DNA of 64,000 nt from Callorhinchus milii (taxonomy: Eukaryota), in assembly GCF_018977255.1 (NCBI RefSeq), contig NW_024704743.1:37946001-38010000 (forward strand), given 5' to 3'. Both the position numbers and the translations under genes were made by a program. How positions within the stretch are numbered: the stretch's first letter is position 1; the number at the start of each line of letters is the position of its first letter. Shown piece by piece: positions 50,821 through 64,000 of the stretch. Below the pieces are notes generated by a model that had not been told where the DNA came from, searched no databases, and worked only from the letters and a program-made list of their open reading frames with translations.

Positions 50821-50976
50821 CTTAGCCTTCCCACATCTAACCAATGTGCCCATGAAAGCAATATTGCTTCTGGATGCCAGGTCACCATTACTCGCTGTAG
50901 GTTGTGGAGTGGTTAACTTTGAACATGGTGAGGTCTCTCCCGTAAGGCTAGACTCGTCAATGGAAATGTCCACGAT
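50821..50976 (-). CDS. ATP2C1: ATP2C1 exon (TGE actuator motif)
   Basis: [20 protein letters not shown]...[17 protein letters not shown]. Confidence 0.94.
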
Positions 50977-52639
50977 CTTGATGAAAAGGAGCAGCAACTC
51001 ATTACAAAGTAAAGACTTGAGCAAAACATATCAGTATATCCGAACAAATGGATATGTTTGTCACTAACCAACTGCAATGAAACATTTAAAAGGTTTTAAA
51101 ACAAAAGTTAGAAAAACAATATTTTTGCTTTATCTGTCTTCTCTTTTCTCTGTTTATCCTTCTTCTCTATTGCTTCTACATTCACCATTATTTACTTGGA
51201 CTCAAAGAGCAATTTTAAGATCATATGTGCTAATTCAAAGAATGAGTTTAGGGTAATTCGTAATTTTATATCTTAAAAGTTTTGTATTTCTATATTTAAA
51301 AAAATGGATACTCGGAAGTTGCAAATAAATCAGGAAATGTAATTACTCCAAGATTATGGACTTTTTTTTTCTTTCTCCAGCAGTGGATTTCTGCTGAATT
51401 TCAGCAACTAAGATAATTCAAGCATTGGATAGATGATGTCCTCGCTGAACTACGATGTGAATAAAAGCTTACCAACCTAGGATTGACAGTTAATCACATT
51501 GACTTTTGACCAATATTGGTCATCTTATGTTGCAAGTACAGAATAATCTCTTTAACGAAAGGTCTCAATATTTTTAGGAACATTATAATCACAACTATGT
51601 TGGCAATTTGTTCAAAAACTGAGTAGAAAATTAAGGTTTAAAAGATAAGTGGAACCAAAGGCAATAGAGACATTTCCCCTAATCTCACACAATTTGTCTC
51701 CAATTTGTTTCCAACCATTAGACTGGATCTAATTACTTAATTTGAAGCAGTCCTTTCTATAAGACTGTAATATGTAGTTTTGATAATTATGCCTGTTTGA
51801 GGAGCTTTCCATCTGATGTTGCAACAAAGCAATTTATGTAAACAGCAATTTTCAGCACAGGACACCATTGTGACTCGCGCCTTCTTTTTAAAACAAAATT
51901 AATCAACCTTTCCAACTCTTACTGAAATAATATGAGATAATTAACGTAATTCAGAGGAAGAAGCTGAATATCATACCAGAACTCTCACAAAAAGAGGGGG
52001 GTGGGGGGAAAGAGGTCCGATCTGGCGAACCAGAATTTACGGTTGAGTACAATTATAGTGCCGAAACTGGCCATTTATGAGGATGGCTATTTTTCAGAGT
52101 CTAAAATCGCCGGGTTAATACCAGTACCAGCAATGTAATTGTTTGAATCCAATGAGCAGAAGATAGTGAATAAGCTGCCTTCTGCTGACGGGATTCAAAC
52201 CGAGTCAAAGTTGATATTACTGGCCACTGAAGACCAGCAAGCATAGTGAGGTGGGGGCATGCGCTAAGGAGAGTGGGCTGGCGGGAGTCTACAAGTGCGC
52301 AGACCAGTGGAAATGATTTTAAATGTTTCCATTTTGGGCCCTGTTGGGTTGGTACGAACAAGTCCGATAAGATGGGGGTTTACTATAGTTTAATGCTTAA
52401 AAAAGCAGTGGAAAAGATTCAGTTCAAGATTAATGTATTTTGTTAATGAAAAATAGAAAACGTGTGCTGTCTTGATACAATCTGACTGTGTATATAGGTT
52501 CCTACAGAAAGCAATATGGCTTTTTTGAAGCTCTTTCCATTCCTGATCATCAGTATTAATTTTGTGACTTCAATCTAACCTGTCAAAATAGCAATAGTTA
52601 CTTCAAAAAAGAAAAACTATGCCTGCATTTAAATCTAGT

Positions 52640-52980
52640 AACAATAATAATGCTTAAATTTGTTATATATATCGTCTTTCACTTCGGGAGGGCATCCCAC
52701 AGAATATACTGTAAAATGCAGAGATCATATGCATTTCTGGGTAAATGCAGCAGCTAATTTGCACATATCAGTGTTGTACAAACAATTGTGAAATGAATGA
52801 CTAATTTTATTTGGGGAATTGTTGGCCAGGATACCAGGATAAACTCCCTTATCTTTTCGAATAGCACCATGGGATCTTTAACATCCACCTGAACAGGCAG
52901 ATTTAATTGACTCAGTTTAATGGCACCTCCAACAATGCCGCACCCCCTTAGCCTGGACTGAAGTGCCAGCTTAGACTACA
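52640..52980 (-). mobile_element. Deu-domain SINE fragment
   Basis: Tail and core GCAGCAGCTAATTTGCACA; colinear with 20090-20380. Confidence 0.7.
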
Positions 52981-54956
52981 GGTGGAGGTGCTATATAGTG
53001 TACCATTTAAGATACACAAGTAATAATTACATTTATGTAGAAAGTTCAGTTTTAATATCTTTATTTTGGCATTTAATTAAATTTAATACCTTTCATTACT
53101 ACAAACAAAATTGTGCTTAGGCCAAAATAGCCCAGTAAGGACAGGATTACACCTGAAAAATACAGTACTAGCAAACAAGGTTAAAGAGCTTTTCTGGTAA
53201 AAACTGGTCGGTTCATTCTCTCAGTTATAGAATGTTCCAGTTAATTATAGCCCTGAGTGCTGACTAAAACCTTAATTGTTTACCAAGTTAGCGATTCTGT
53301 GGTTATTTTTCAGTAGAACTTTTTGTAACTGAAGGAGGAAATGGGTTTCCCCAAATTCTGCAAAGTAAAATTCTTATCTGATTGGATCATTTTCAAAAAC
53401 TGACATTTGCTCATGTAAAAATGATACACTGAAAGAATTATACTCTTTAAGAGTAATACTGATACGAGGAAATAAGTGCAATGATAGCATATAACTATAT
53501 TTCATGTATTGCATTCATGGGGGTGTAAAGGAGAATGCGGCAGGGGATTAGGAGGGGCTGAGGCTCATATGAAGTCTAAACACATTGGCAAGGAGTAGTT
53601 GGACCAAATGGCACAATTCTATGCTGTACAATCTATGCAATTTCCTGAAGCCTCAATTTTTTTTACTGACAACACCAACTATATTCAACCTTAAAGATCT
53701 CCTTAACCTCGCGACCTAGAGATCTCCTTAAAGCACACCTGTTCAATAATAGAGAATTTCTACAGTTTGTGATGTTTTACATTCTGACGATTAGCACAGA
53801 GCATATTGAGACGTCTTGCTAACATGAAAGGCGCTTATATACATGTAAATTGTATTAGAAGTTGTAGCAGAGAACCAACAACATTAAAGATTTTGTAGCT
53901 TTTTTATATCATAGTAACATACCATTTTTGGCATTGTGGAATTTACACACTATATATGTATATATATATTGTTTAATGGTTATAAAAATATTTGGGGAAG
54001 GCTTATTTGTGTAGATGTATATCCTCGTCAAAAAAAATAACTAGGCATCCAATCTTTTGAGACATCTTCCTGATGTAAAATATGCTATATCAAATGTAAG
54101 GATAATATTAGCAGAAAAATATTTTGGTTGTAAAGAATATGTGTCTCCCTAAAGTGTGCCGACTATAAACCACAAACTCAAAAATATTATTTTCCAATAG
54201 AAGTTTAACATTTCCATTTTTCAGTCATTATGAGCTTTCTGAGCAAAGATTGAAGTCCTAATATGAATCCAAGCAATGTTTCCTGACATAGGAAATGGAC
54301 TGATAACAGCTACAGAAAAAAATGTAGATGAGTTGACAGATTAGAATTCCAAAGTAATGAAACTAAACAAACTTCTCCACAACCTCGGCCCAGCCTACCT
54401 CTGTGACCTCATGCAATCCTACTGTCCGGGCTACTTCCTCTACTCAGTTAATTAATAACACTCACTTCATGTCTCTAAAGCTGTCATCACCATCCTGGCA
54501 GCATTCATGTCCCAAACTACATACTGTAGCCCAAGATATTATTTTCTAGCTTTGAGATTTCCTACCAACTTGGAAGGCACTATACAAATGTAAACTGTCG
54601 TCGTTGTAAACAAAATGTTATATATATTAATCTGGAATCTTATCACAACTACCCTCAAGAAAACAATAGTGGAATAAAGTGGACGCATAATAAAAACAAC
54701 CCTTACTACAGGAGATTAATACAGATACATGTGAACCCTGTTACTAAGTGCCTTACTTGAGTACGGGTTTGTTTTTAACCTTTACCAGAATTGCAGTACA
54801 TTTACAGCATGTATCAGCCAGCTTCCAACACTATGGAATGGCTAATTTCCAGGTCATCAAGTCACCGCAATCACTTCCTGTGCGCTGCATATGCATAGGA
54901 AGTGATGCCGATGCCACTTTGCAAAGTATATTCTAAAGATTTTGCTCTGCAGGTAC

Positions 54957-55065
54957 CTCAAACAGACGCAAATCAGCAGGGACTTTATCTCCAACAGTCA
55001 AGCATACAGTATCTCCTGGAACCAGTTCACGGGCAAGCAAGTGCTCCACCCTTCCTTCCCGCACA
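54957..55065 (-). CDS. ATP2C1: ATP2C1 exon
   Basis: [40 protein letters not shown]. Confidence 0.93.
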
Positions 55066-56520
55066 CTGCAGAAAAAAAGCAACATTTAAAATAATATGCA
55101 GCACAGTCAATACAACAGAATAATTTCCTGTTAAAACATACCAATTCCCGGGCACTGTTGATGACAGTATGGCTCATTAGCAGGAAGAGCAGACCAATCA
55201 TCCCACTCAGATCCTGTTAGCCCTGCAAGTCAAAGCCCTAATGCAAAGGGTGATCCTGGCTGGACAAACAGTGGGAAAGCTTACCAGATAGCGATATCAA
55301 TGGCACACAATGTGGTTTTAGCTGGTTAGACTCCAGCAGTTACCCCAGTGTACACTCTGGGGTTCCCAAGTCTTTGCTCTTGCCAACCTGCACCTAATAT
55401 TTTCTGGAATTAGGTAAGCAGGATGAGCCCCTTCAGGGAGAGAGGGCGCATTCCCTTCCAACAATCTATCTCTGGAATTTCCATGTGTAGGTGGGATCCA
55501 TGGAAATCTCAGCTTGGTTTGGATACTCTTAAGCATGATGATGGGTTTCCGCATGCGGCAGACACCCTTCTGACCNAAAAAAATTGGATTAATAGAATAT
55601 TTAAAAAGGCTCTAAAAACAGTAAGAGCTTTCTGTTTCAAAAACATCAATCCGGATTTTAAAAAACAATCAATGTGTGATTTCACTTAACTTTCTAGTCA
55701 TATGAATAGGAAAAAGTGAAGATGGGCAACAAAATTGTTCCCAGGAGTAATCAGAGTAAATTGTTCCCAGGAGCAATTTACTCCGATTCCACAAAATATT
55801 CACCTACCCATCTTTCTTACTAAAAGTTAGTCAATCATGGGAGATGAAAAATCAGAACAAAATGAACCATGGCCAATTGAGGAGAAAAATTTCTGTCCGA
55901 CTTCAAAAGGCAGAATTGGTTAATTATCTATAATCAATAGTTAAATGTTATAGCGAATACATAGAACTGCTTATGAAAGAATAATAATAATACTCAATGT
56001 TCCTTTTACAAAATTAGTTAGAGGGAACTCAATGTTCCCTTTAACTAATTCCCTTTACATATCTAACCAGTTCCATCTTTCCTAAATGTTCCACAACAAC
56101 ATGCCATATTGTGACCTTAATAATAATAATCCTTCCCGGGAACTCATTAGCAAATAGTGTTTTTTTCCTTTCTTAAACAATGGAGGGATATTTTCCATTC
56201 TCCAGTCCAGGCTCCAGTCAAAGCCTCTATTTCATCATTAACTTCCCTCAGGATTCTTGGATGTATTCCATTCAGACAACTGGAAAAAATATTGAATGAA
56301 GGCACGTCATGCAATCATGGTTTTCCTATAACAATTTTGTACTTTTTTTTCTGTAACTATAGTCTAAAATAAAAAACAAAATGTCAAAGAAGAAAGTTAG
56401 AACCATGTTAATTTGAATCTATGTTCTTAATTCCTGTTCCCTGATAGTTTTAAAATATGGCTATTTAGATGTTTGCTTTGCTGGATTCTTATACAGTAAA
56501 CCTTGCTTTGTATTCTTATA

Positions 56521-56706
56521 CAGTAAACCTCATAAGTCGTATCAGTTGGGACCACACATTTAATATGACTTTTGCAAAGTACGAGTTATGACAAACTTTC
56601 ATAGAATATGAATGGGACTTGGACAGATGTACGACTTAGGCGATTATACGATTTATACAGATTTATTTATACAGATGAAACTTATTTATACAGATCGGTT
56701 TTACTG
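56521..56706. mobile_element. Tc1/mariner-pogo-type MITE with TA target duplication
   Basis: TA|CAGTAAACC ... GGTTTTACTG|TA. Confidence 0.7.
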
Positions 56707-56762
56707 TATAAACTTTGCTTTATAGAGTAAAACTGATCAAGGTAATGAAATACGTTGTACTA

Positions 56763-56999
<237 letters not shown>

Positions 57000-57342
57000 T
57001 CACATAGTGGAATTATTTATGTACAGCTGCACACAAGAGTTAAATGTTTTCTTGTTAATATATTTTTTATTCAATGTACTTTCACCCTGCTTCTAGACCC
57101 TTAATTAAAGATGTATTAACTTGGGATAGATTGTAACATTACAATGCAACAGAACAGCAAAGTAGGAAAGTAAAGTATAGCCAGCAACACTCTTCCAATT
57201 TGATTACTTTCTTGTAATCACACCTTAGTATCGAGTGCTTTTCATAACATCTATTGCTAATATTATTATTATGAAATCTTTTTGGGTTGTTAATTATTCT
57301 GATTATTTGATTTGGTTATTTGTTATTATTTTACTTATCACT

Positions 57343-57698
57343 TAATAATAATCTTGAATTTGATATAGCGCCTTACCTCAAAATGCTTCAAAGAATAATA
57401 TAAAGTGAATTGACAGTATTTTGTAGGCGAAACAGGGCAGCATTTCAATTGCACAGAGTAGTGTCCCACAAACAGACATGGATTGAACGACTGAATGTTT
57501 ATTTATTTATTTGGAAGGGATTATTACCCACGGAAAGCAATCTGCCAATCAACTAGCAATCGGGTTCTTACTTACTGCTAAGTAAACAGAGGTGTGTGGA
57601 GCAAGGAAACTTGCCTAAGGTTTCGCCCTTCCCAGGAATCGAACCAGTGTCTTCTCGCTTGCGAGGCGAGAACCCCAACCAATAATCTACAGGACTCC
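57343..57698 (-). mobile_element. tRNA-derived Deu-domain SINE with extra internal sequence
   Basis: Head with B-box GGTTCGATTCC on the - strand; matches the 10814-11127 family. Confidence 0.8.
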
Positions 57699-59619
57699 AC
57701 TTGCCAAGATTCAGCAAACATCTCCCAAGAAACGAAATATACGTTTTATTCTTGAGATATAAAAATAGAAAGGACACTAAACTGAACTTGATAAGCTTAC
57801 TTTCTGTGCTGTGCATGGTCACTTCTGACAATTATGATAACAATGTGCTACCCAATGCAGAGAGGAGCCAACATTCACATTTATTTTAAGCACAGGCAAC
57901 ATTTGTAGCTTTCTTTGTTAGTCTCTCTCCATGGAGACTAAAGAGGTTATAGTCACTATAGTCATAAAAATAGAACAAACGTTTATTGTTTGAAACTCTA
58001 GTTACCCAACAAGCTCTTTTGTAGCTTTCAGAATATGTAGATTTTCAATTAATGATCGCAAAATTGCTAATTCCAGTTATAAATAAAATTAGAGAACAGG
58101 CAAGAACTGCCCTTAGTCCTCTGAATAAATTGAACGATCACTGTTCAACCAAACTGTTCAATCAAGCACAGTAGATGCCAAAAATTTTGTTTTTTAGCTT
58201 ATGGTATCGGGCTAAATTTAACTAATCTTAAAATAAGACCAAGGCAAAGTTCTGAAAAAATAATCTTAGAAATTGGCTCAACATCTTTGGTTCTTATTAA
58301 GTCCTTTATCAAAAAACAAAATGACCAAATTCACAGATTTTACTATATGAGGCCTATTTACATTCTTTAGGGAAAAATTACACCACTCAATGAGAAACAC
58401 ATTTATTACAAAAGAACAAAGTTCAAGAAGGAAAGGGAGGAGGAGGGGAGGTGGAGAAGGTACAATATCTCAATACCCTTCCACTCCAGAAGCCTCATTA
58501 TGAATCTGATGCAATTGAATTGACAAAATATCTTCTGATGCATACATCTTTCTCTTGGTTGTAAGAGCGGTATGTAAAACGGCTTTGGCATATTTCAACC
58601 CACTTCCTTATAAGAGAGAGGCTGCATTTCCGAATTGCTGCGATTCACTTTAAATTGCCTTGCTCAGAAAGGCCAAAAAGATAATATGAAAAGGGGAACT
58701 GTATTAGAATTGGTGTGATAAGGGTGCACGAAACTGGGATTAAAACCAAATGCTGGGACAGGGTAGCAAAAACTTCACTCTGCCTCAGGCGAGCAGGAAA
58801 GTGTAATATTTCTCACCACCACCATCTTTTACTTTAATCATTACAAGATTACAGAAAGATCATCAGGTAAGAATAAAGGTTACAGCCCAACTTTTCACAA
58901 TTTGTGACTGCAATAAGATATGAAAAGAAATTCTGATCATTCAGTCAATCTCAACAATTCAGGCAATTTTTTTTCTGTCCATTTAGATTTTAACCTTTAG
59001 TACAATACCAGCTAAACAAACAGATTCAGAGCCATCAACTCCACTGGATAACAATTCATCATGTGGGATAAATGTCAAGTGGCCAGATTGCTCAACATTT
59101 CTCACTAAAAGTCAGATTGACCTAGTTACTTCAATATTATGAAGAGATCAAATCTGAAATGGCCCGAGTCTTAATTGACTAAAAAAAACTCTTTGAGTGG
59201 ATTTTCAGTCAGAAGTCAATATTTGGATATTTACATCCCAACTCGAGAAAAGATGTACAGAATTACATAGAGGAAAACCAGCAAATATAGTACTTAAAAT
59301 GTGTAAAACGATAAAAGTAACAAACATTAACATACAACAACTTGCATTCATATAGTACCCTTCAAGCAGAGAATGTCTGAGGCTTTCACAACGGTGAGGT
59401 TAGACATCCAGCAGGGGAGAAGGGAAAGGTGATATAGATGCAGTCAAAGAGGAAGGTTTTAAGGTAGGACTTAAAACAGATAGAGGTGGCAAGGTGGAAG
59501 GATAGAGGCTGGGAGTTGCAGAGGAAAGGGGGGATATCGGTTAGAAAACGTAGACGAGAAGAACAGATGCCAACTTTAAAACTAGTTTCAAGAGCTTTTA
59601 AGTATTTTTATTATGAAAA

Positions 59620-59980
59620 CAACGACAACAAAAAACTAAAAATTACATTTGTAAAGTGCCTTTCAAGTCGGGAGGATATCCCAAAGCGCTGGACAGTTAG
59701 GGACTTGGACCCGAGCAGAGGCTTGGGATCAGGGAGAGTAGGGGGCATTGGGGTGGAGCAAGCCAGAGGCTGCTGAGCAGAGGGAGCAGACAGTTTGTTA
59801 TGGGATTAGCAGGTCACACAGCTAGGAAGGAGCAAGGCTATGGAGAGCCTTGAAGACAAGGACTTTGAACTCCATCCTCTGGGAGATGGGAGCCAGTGGA
59901 GTAGGGCGAGTTTGGTAGTGATAGAGTCATGGAGCCTCGTGTGGGAGAGGACACGAGCTGCAGACTTCTGGATGATCTTA
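59620..59980 (-). mobile_element. L2 3' fragment with internal deletion
   Basis: 'IIQKSAARVLSHTRLHDSITTKLALLHWLP' plus tail. Confidence 0.8.
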
Positions 59981-60183
59981 ATATTACAATAAACATTCAC
60001 CTGATATTTGAGAAGCATTATCCCTGTAATCTTATTGCTTGTTTCAATAACAGTAGATGAAATGAAAAGTCAAAAAACTGGTAGGCCCAAGTACAAATAT
60101 TTGAAACAATTTAGTAAAGAATACAAGTTTAAAACTTATAGCTTTGGCCAAGTTTCCGGTAGAAAACGTTTAAAAATACCAAC

Positions 60184-60219
60184 CTGGACAAAGGCGACTG
60201 TGACCACAATTAGTATTGC
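60184..60219 (-). CDS. ATP2C1: ATP2C1 36-nt exon
   Basis: AILIVVTVAFVQ; AAG| acceptor and CAG|GTTGGT donor. Confidence 0.9.
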
Positions 60220-60850
60220 CTTTGAAAAGAAAAACAATGATGCAATTAGTTCTTAAATATTATAATCTTCTATAAGGATATAGTATATATGATATAAGGA
60301 AAGTAGATGGTTACCTCCTATTGTAAAGGTACAACTGAATTACTGAAAAAATAAGCACTATATGGGAACCCCCCAAGAGGTTATTAAACACAGTTTACAA
60401 AAATTTGCAACACAATTATACATACAGTAAATACAAATAACTTTACAATTATGTAGCACCTTTCTTGTTGGGCGTATGTCTGAAGGCACTTAACAATATT
60501 TGGCACCCAAGCTGGGGGTGGAAACCAAGTGGAGTGTGGAGGGAAAGACCAATGAAGGTGGAGTCAAACAGGTAGGTGCTAAGGTGGAACCTGAATGAAG
60601 TGAGAGAGGAAGCGTGTCGGGCGGGGGTGGTCTACAGGATGGAGTTTCAGAGAATGGAAAGCAGCAAGGCTGCAGGATCTTACGTGCGTGATGTTGCTAA
60701 AATTAATTCATTTTGATATAAATCTAAAGAAGCACCTTATTAACAATGTGAATAACCGAATGACAAGGTTTTTTTATATTAAAATTTTCCGCAATATGGT
60801 TTATGATTTGCTCAGTCACAAACACGTGCATGAAATTTGGCATTACGCTA

Positions 60851-61036
<186 letters not shown>

Positions 61037-62583
61037 TTACACTACACATAAGTATAAATTCCATGGTGCAAACCTTTTATGCAATATATAGCATAGCTAG
61101 CTTATAATGAAACTAGCTTTGCTATGACAAAATGTGACTGTCAAAAGCTAGCTGATAGAACCGTATCGACAGACTTTAACGCAGGGTGGTCCAATTATCC
61201 AATAGGTTGGCCACCAGCCACATGTGGTGAATTGGGAATCCACATGTCGAAAAATTGCATTTTTGTTAGTAAATTTTAAAAATGACCAATAGACACTGTC
61301 ACTGGGCATACGATCTCAATACTTGTGTTCGCACTCATATTCGTATGCATATCTTGGCATTTTTGTGCGTTTGTCAATAAGATGGTAAGACGAAAAACAG
61401 TGTGCGAGTCTTTTTTTGATTATAGTCCGTGTTTTACTTCCTTACTATCTTTTGGTTACTTGCTAAAATGGTGTGCAACAAAGATGAAAACACCCGATTT
61501 CAGCACCATGGAAACACCAGCAACGTTGTATAGAGAAGCAAGTTCGACCAATCAGAATACACTTATTGGGGATAGATATTTGTTCAGTAAATATACATGT
61601 AATTGCTGTCCATTGTAATAATTGTATATATTCATAGGCAAACACGGCAGCCAATTAATTCACAAGACCAACAAACATGAAGTAAATGACCAATTTATCT
61701 GGAGGATTCACGAGGAGAAATTCCTTCCCCTTTTTCAATAGTGCCATAAGATCTTTAACATCCATCTAAACAGGCAAACGGGACCTTGGTTTGATATCTC
61801 ATCTCAAGACTAGCAATGCAGAGCTCTCTCAGTAATGAAGTGTCAGTCTGGACTTCAAGAGGCTGAAAAGAAGTCATTACAAAGATGGAAATTGCCAATA
61901 CCCAAGCAGAATTTCAATTACACAAGACAAGTGACTGCCTTGCTCAATGTGAAAATGTGTTGCACAAAACTGAGTTATTGCTCAAAAGCTGGAGTAAAAT
62001 TAATTTGATTAACATTTTCAAAATAATAGAAATGTCAGAGGAATGAAACAATATCACAATGTTCTATGGACAGCTGTGTGCGTAACTTGTAAACCAAGAA
62101 ATATGAATGTATGAAATTCTATCTAAACCTATACCTTTCTAAAATTACAATTCTACCTAAAGCCATTGGGTATTTATACCCAACCTAACATTTCCACAAC
62201 TAAGCAAAACTAATCCTTGATAACTCAGTCAATATAGCCCAGAGAACAAAAGCTCTAGTCTCATAGACTCCCGAAATGTTCGCTTGCAACTTGTCCCTCT
62301 GCTGCACAATGTGCTCAAACAATCATTACCTTCGTATTTCCTAACACATGGGATGAGACAACCAAGTCAGAAATCCTACAGAACAGACTCTGCACATAGC
62401 TGGGACTTATTACTCATTTACTGAGACCAGACAAAGAAAACACTGACTGCCTCCTGTTCTCTGGTTTCTTCACATTTTTCCATGGTAGAAATCAGAACCA
62501 ATTTTAACTTAACATAAGCAAACTTAATACTTAAAGGCATAGAATACTCATCTAAGATCTCTGGGAAAGGGGGGAAGGGGAGT

Positions 62584-64000
62584 ACAACAACAACAACAAA
62601 ATTACATTTGTAAAGTGCCTTTCACGTTGGGAGGATGTCCCAAGGCGCTGGACACACAGAGTTACGGACCCGAGCTGGGGGTCGGAGTGGGGGAGGGTGG
62701 AGGGCGGGGACGAGGGGGAAGCAGGGAGATCGAAAGCACGGTCGAAGGAGGGTCTTGAGATGGGTGTTGAAGGTGGCAAGGGAGGGGGCGAGACGGAGGG
62801 ACTGTGGGATGGAGTTCCAGAGGGTGGGTGCAGAGTGGCAAAAAGCCTGCCCGACAATAGTGGGGCGAGCGAGGCGGGGGACATGAAGCAGACCAGAGCC
62901 CGCTGAGCGGAGGGAGCGAGCAGGGTGGTAGGGGGTTAGGAGGTCGCAGAGGTAGGGAGGAGCAAGACCATGGAGGGCTTTGAAGGTGAGAACCAGGATC
63001 TTGAACTGTATCCTCTGTGTGATGGGAAGCCAATGGAGTTAGGCAAGGATGGGGGTGATAGGGTCGCGGAGTTCTGGATGATCTGCAGCCTGTGGAGGGA
63101 GGAGTTGCGAAGGCCAACAAGCAGTGAGTTTGCATAGTCGAACCTCGATGTAATGAAGGCGTGTACAAGGGTTTCGGTGGCCTGTGGTGTGAGACAGTGA
63201 CGGAGCCGGGCGATGTTGCGGAGGTGGGGGAAGGCAGAGTGGGTCATGGCATAGATGTGGGATAGAAAAGATAGTTGAGGGTCAAACAAGCCCCCAAGGT
63301 GCTGGACTGACTTAGTAAGGTGGAGTGTGTAACCATGGATGGTGATGCTGTCAGCGCCTGAGGTGAGGAGGCGCTGACAGGAGCCAATCACGAGAGCCTC
63401 GGACTTGTTGACGTTCAACTGAAGAAAATTAGCTCTCATCCAGGACTTGATGTCTGACAGACATTCTGTCAGGACAGCAGTGGTCCTGGAGTCAAGGGTG
63501 GAGGCAGAGAGGTAGAGTTGGGTGTCATCCGCATATATGTGGAAGTTGACCCTATGTCTGCGGATGATGTTACCAAGAGGGAGCATATAGATATTGAGGA
63601 GGAGGGGACCAAGGGCAGAGCCCTGAGGAACGCCAAACAAGATGGTCTGGGGGCTGGAGGAAAAGCCGTTTATGGAGATGAAGTGCAGGCGGTGTGAGAA
63701 GTACGATCTGAACCAGTCAAGGACAGCGCCGTGGAGGTTGAGGTGAGAGGAGAGGCAGTGAGGAGGATAAAGTGGTCGACGGTGTCAAAAGCAGCAGAGA
63801 GGTCAAGGAGGACGAGGAGGTAGAGGGAGCCCTGGTCGCAGATGGACAGAATATCATTTGTCACTTTGACCAGGGCAGTTTCTGTGTTGTGGGCGGCACG
63901 GAAACCCGATTGGAGGAGTTCGAGAAGGGAGTGGCGGGAGAGGAAGAAGGGAAGCAACAACTCGTTCCAGGACCTTGGAGAGGAAGGGGAGGTTGGAGAT
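62584..64000 (-). mobile_element. L2 LINE (RT region and 3' end), runs off the window
   Basis: '[34 protein letters not shown]', 'GVPQGSALGPLL', 'YADDTQLY'; frameshifts; (TTG)n tail. Confidence 0.95.

Overview
Vertebrate genomic DNA. The repeat content (Deu-domain tRNA-SINEs, L2 and CR1 LINEs) suggests a cartilaginous fish, possibly a holocephalan; this is inference. The window holds a complete ASTE1 gene (+ strand, 4 coding exons, 675 aa) convergent with the last 24 coding exons of ATP2C1/SPCA1 (- strand). A CpG-rich, probably bidirectional promoter lies at about 850-1015. The main oddity is an intact, intronless, very GC-rich HSCB (HSC20) ORF at 8030-8779, between the putative ASTE1 first exon and the first ASTE1 coding exon. 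Just upstream of its ATG are a branch point, polypyrimidine tract and AG acceptor, then a strong 5' splice donor 13 nt later. HSCB and ASTE1 could therefore be alternative products of one transcription unit. This module, with a 1.3-kb G-rich minisatellite, is tandemly duplicated (2699-5415 and 5416-8103), leaving a truncated, frameshifted HSCB start upstream. The rest is intronic or intergenic sequence with SINE, LINE, MITE, Tigger and Penelope-type relics.
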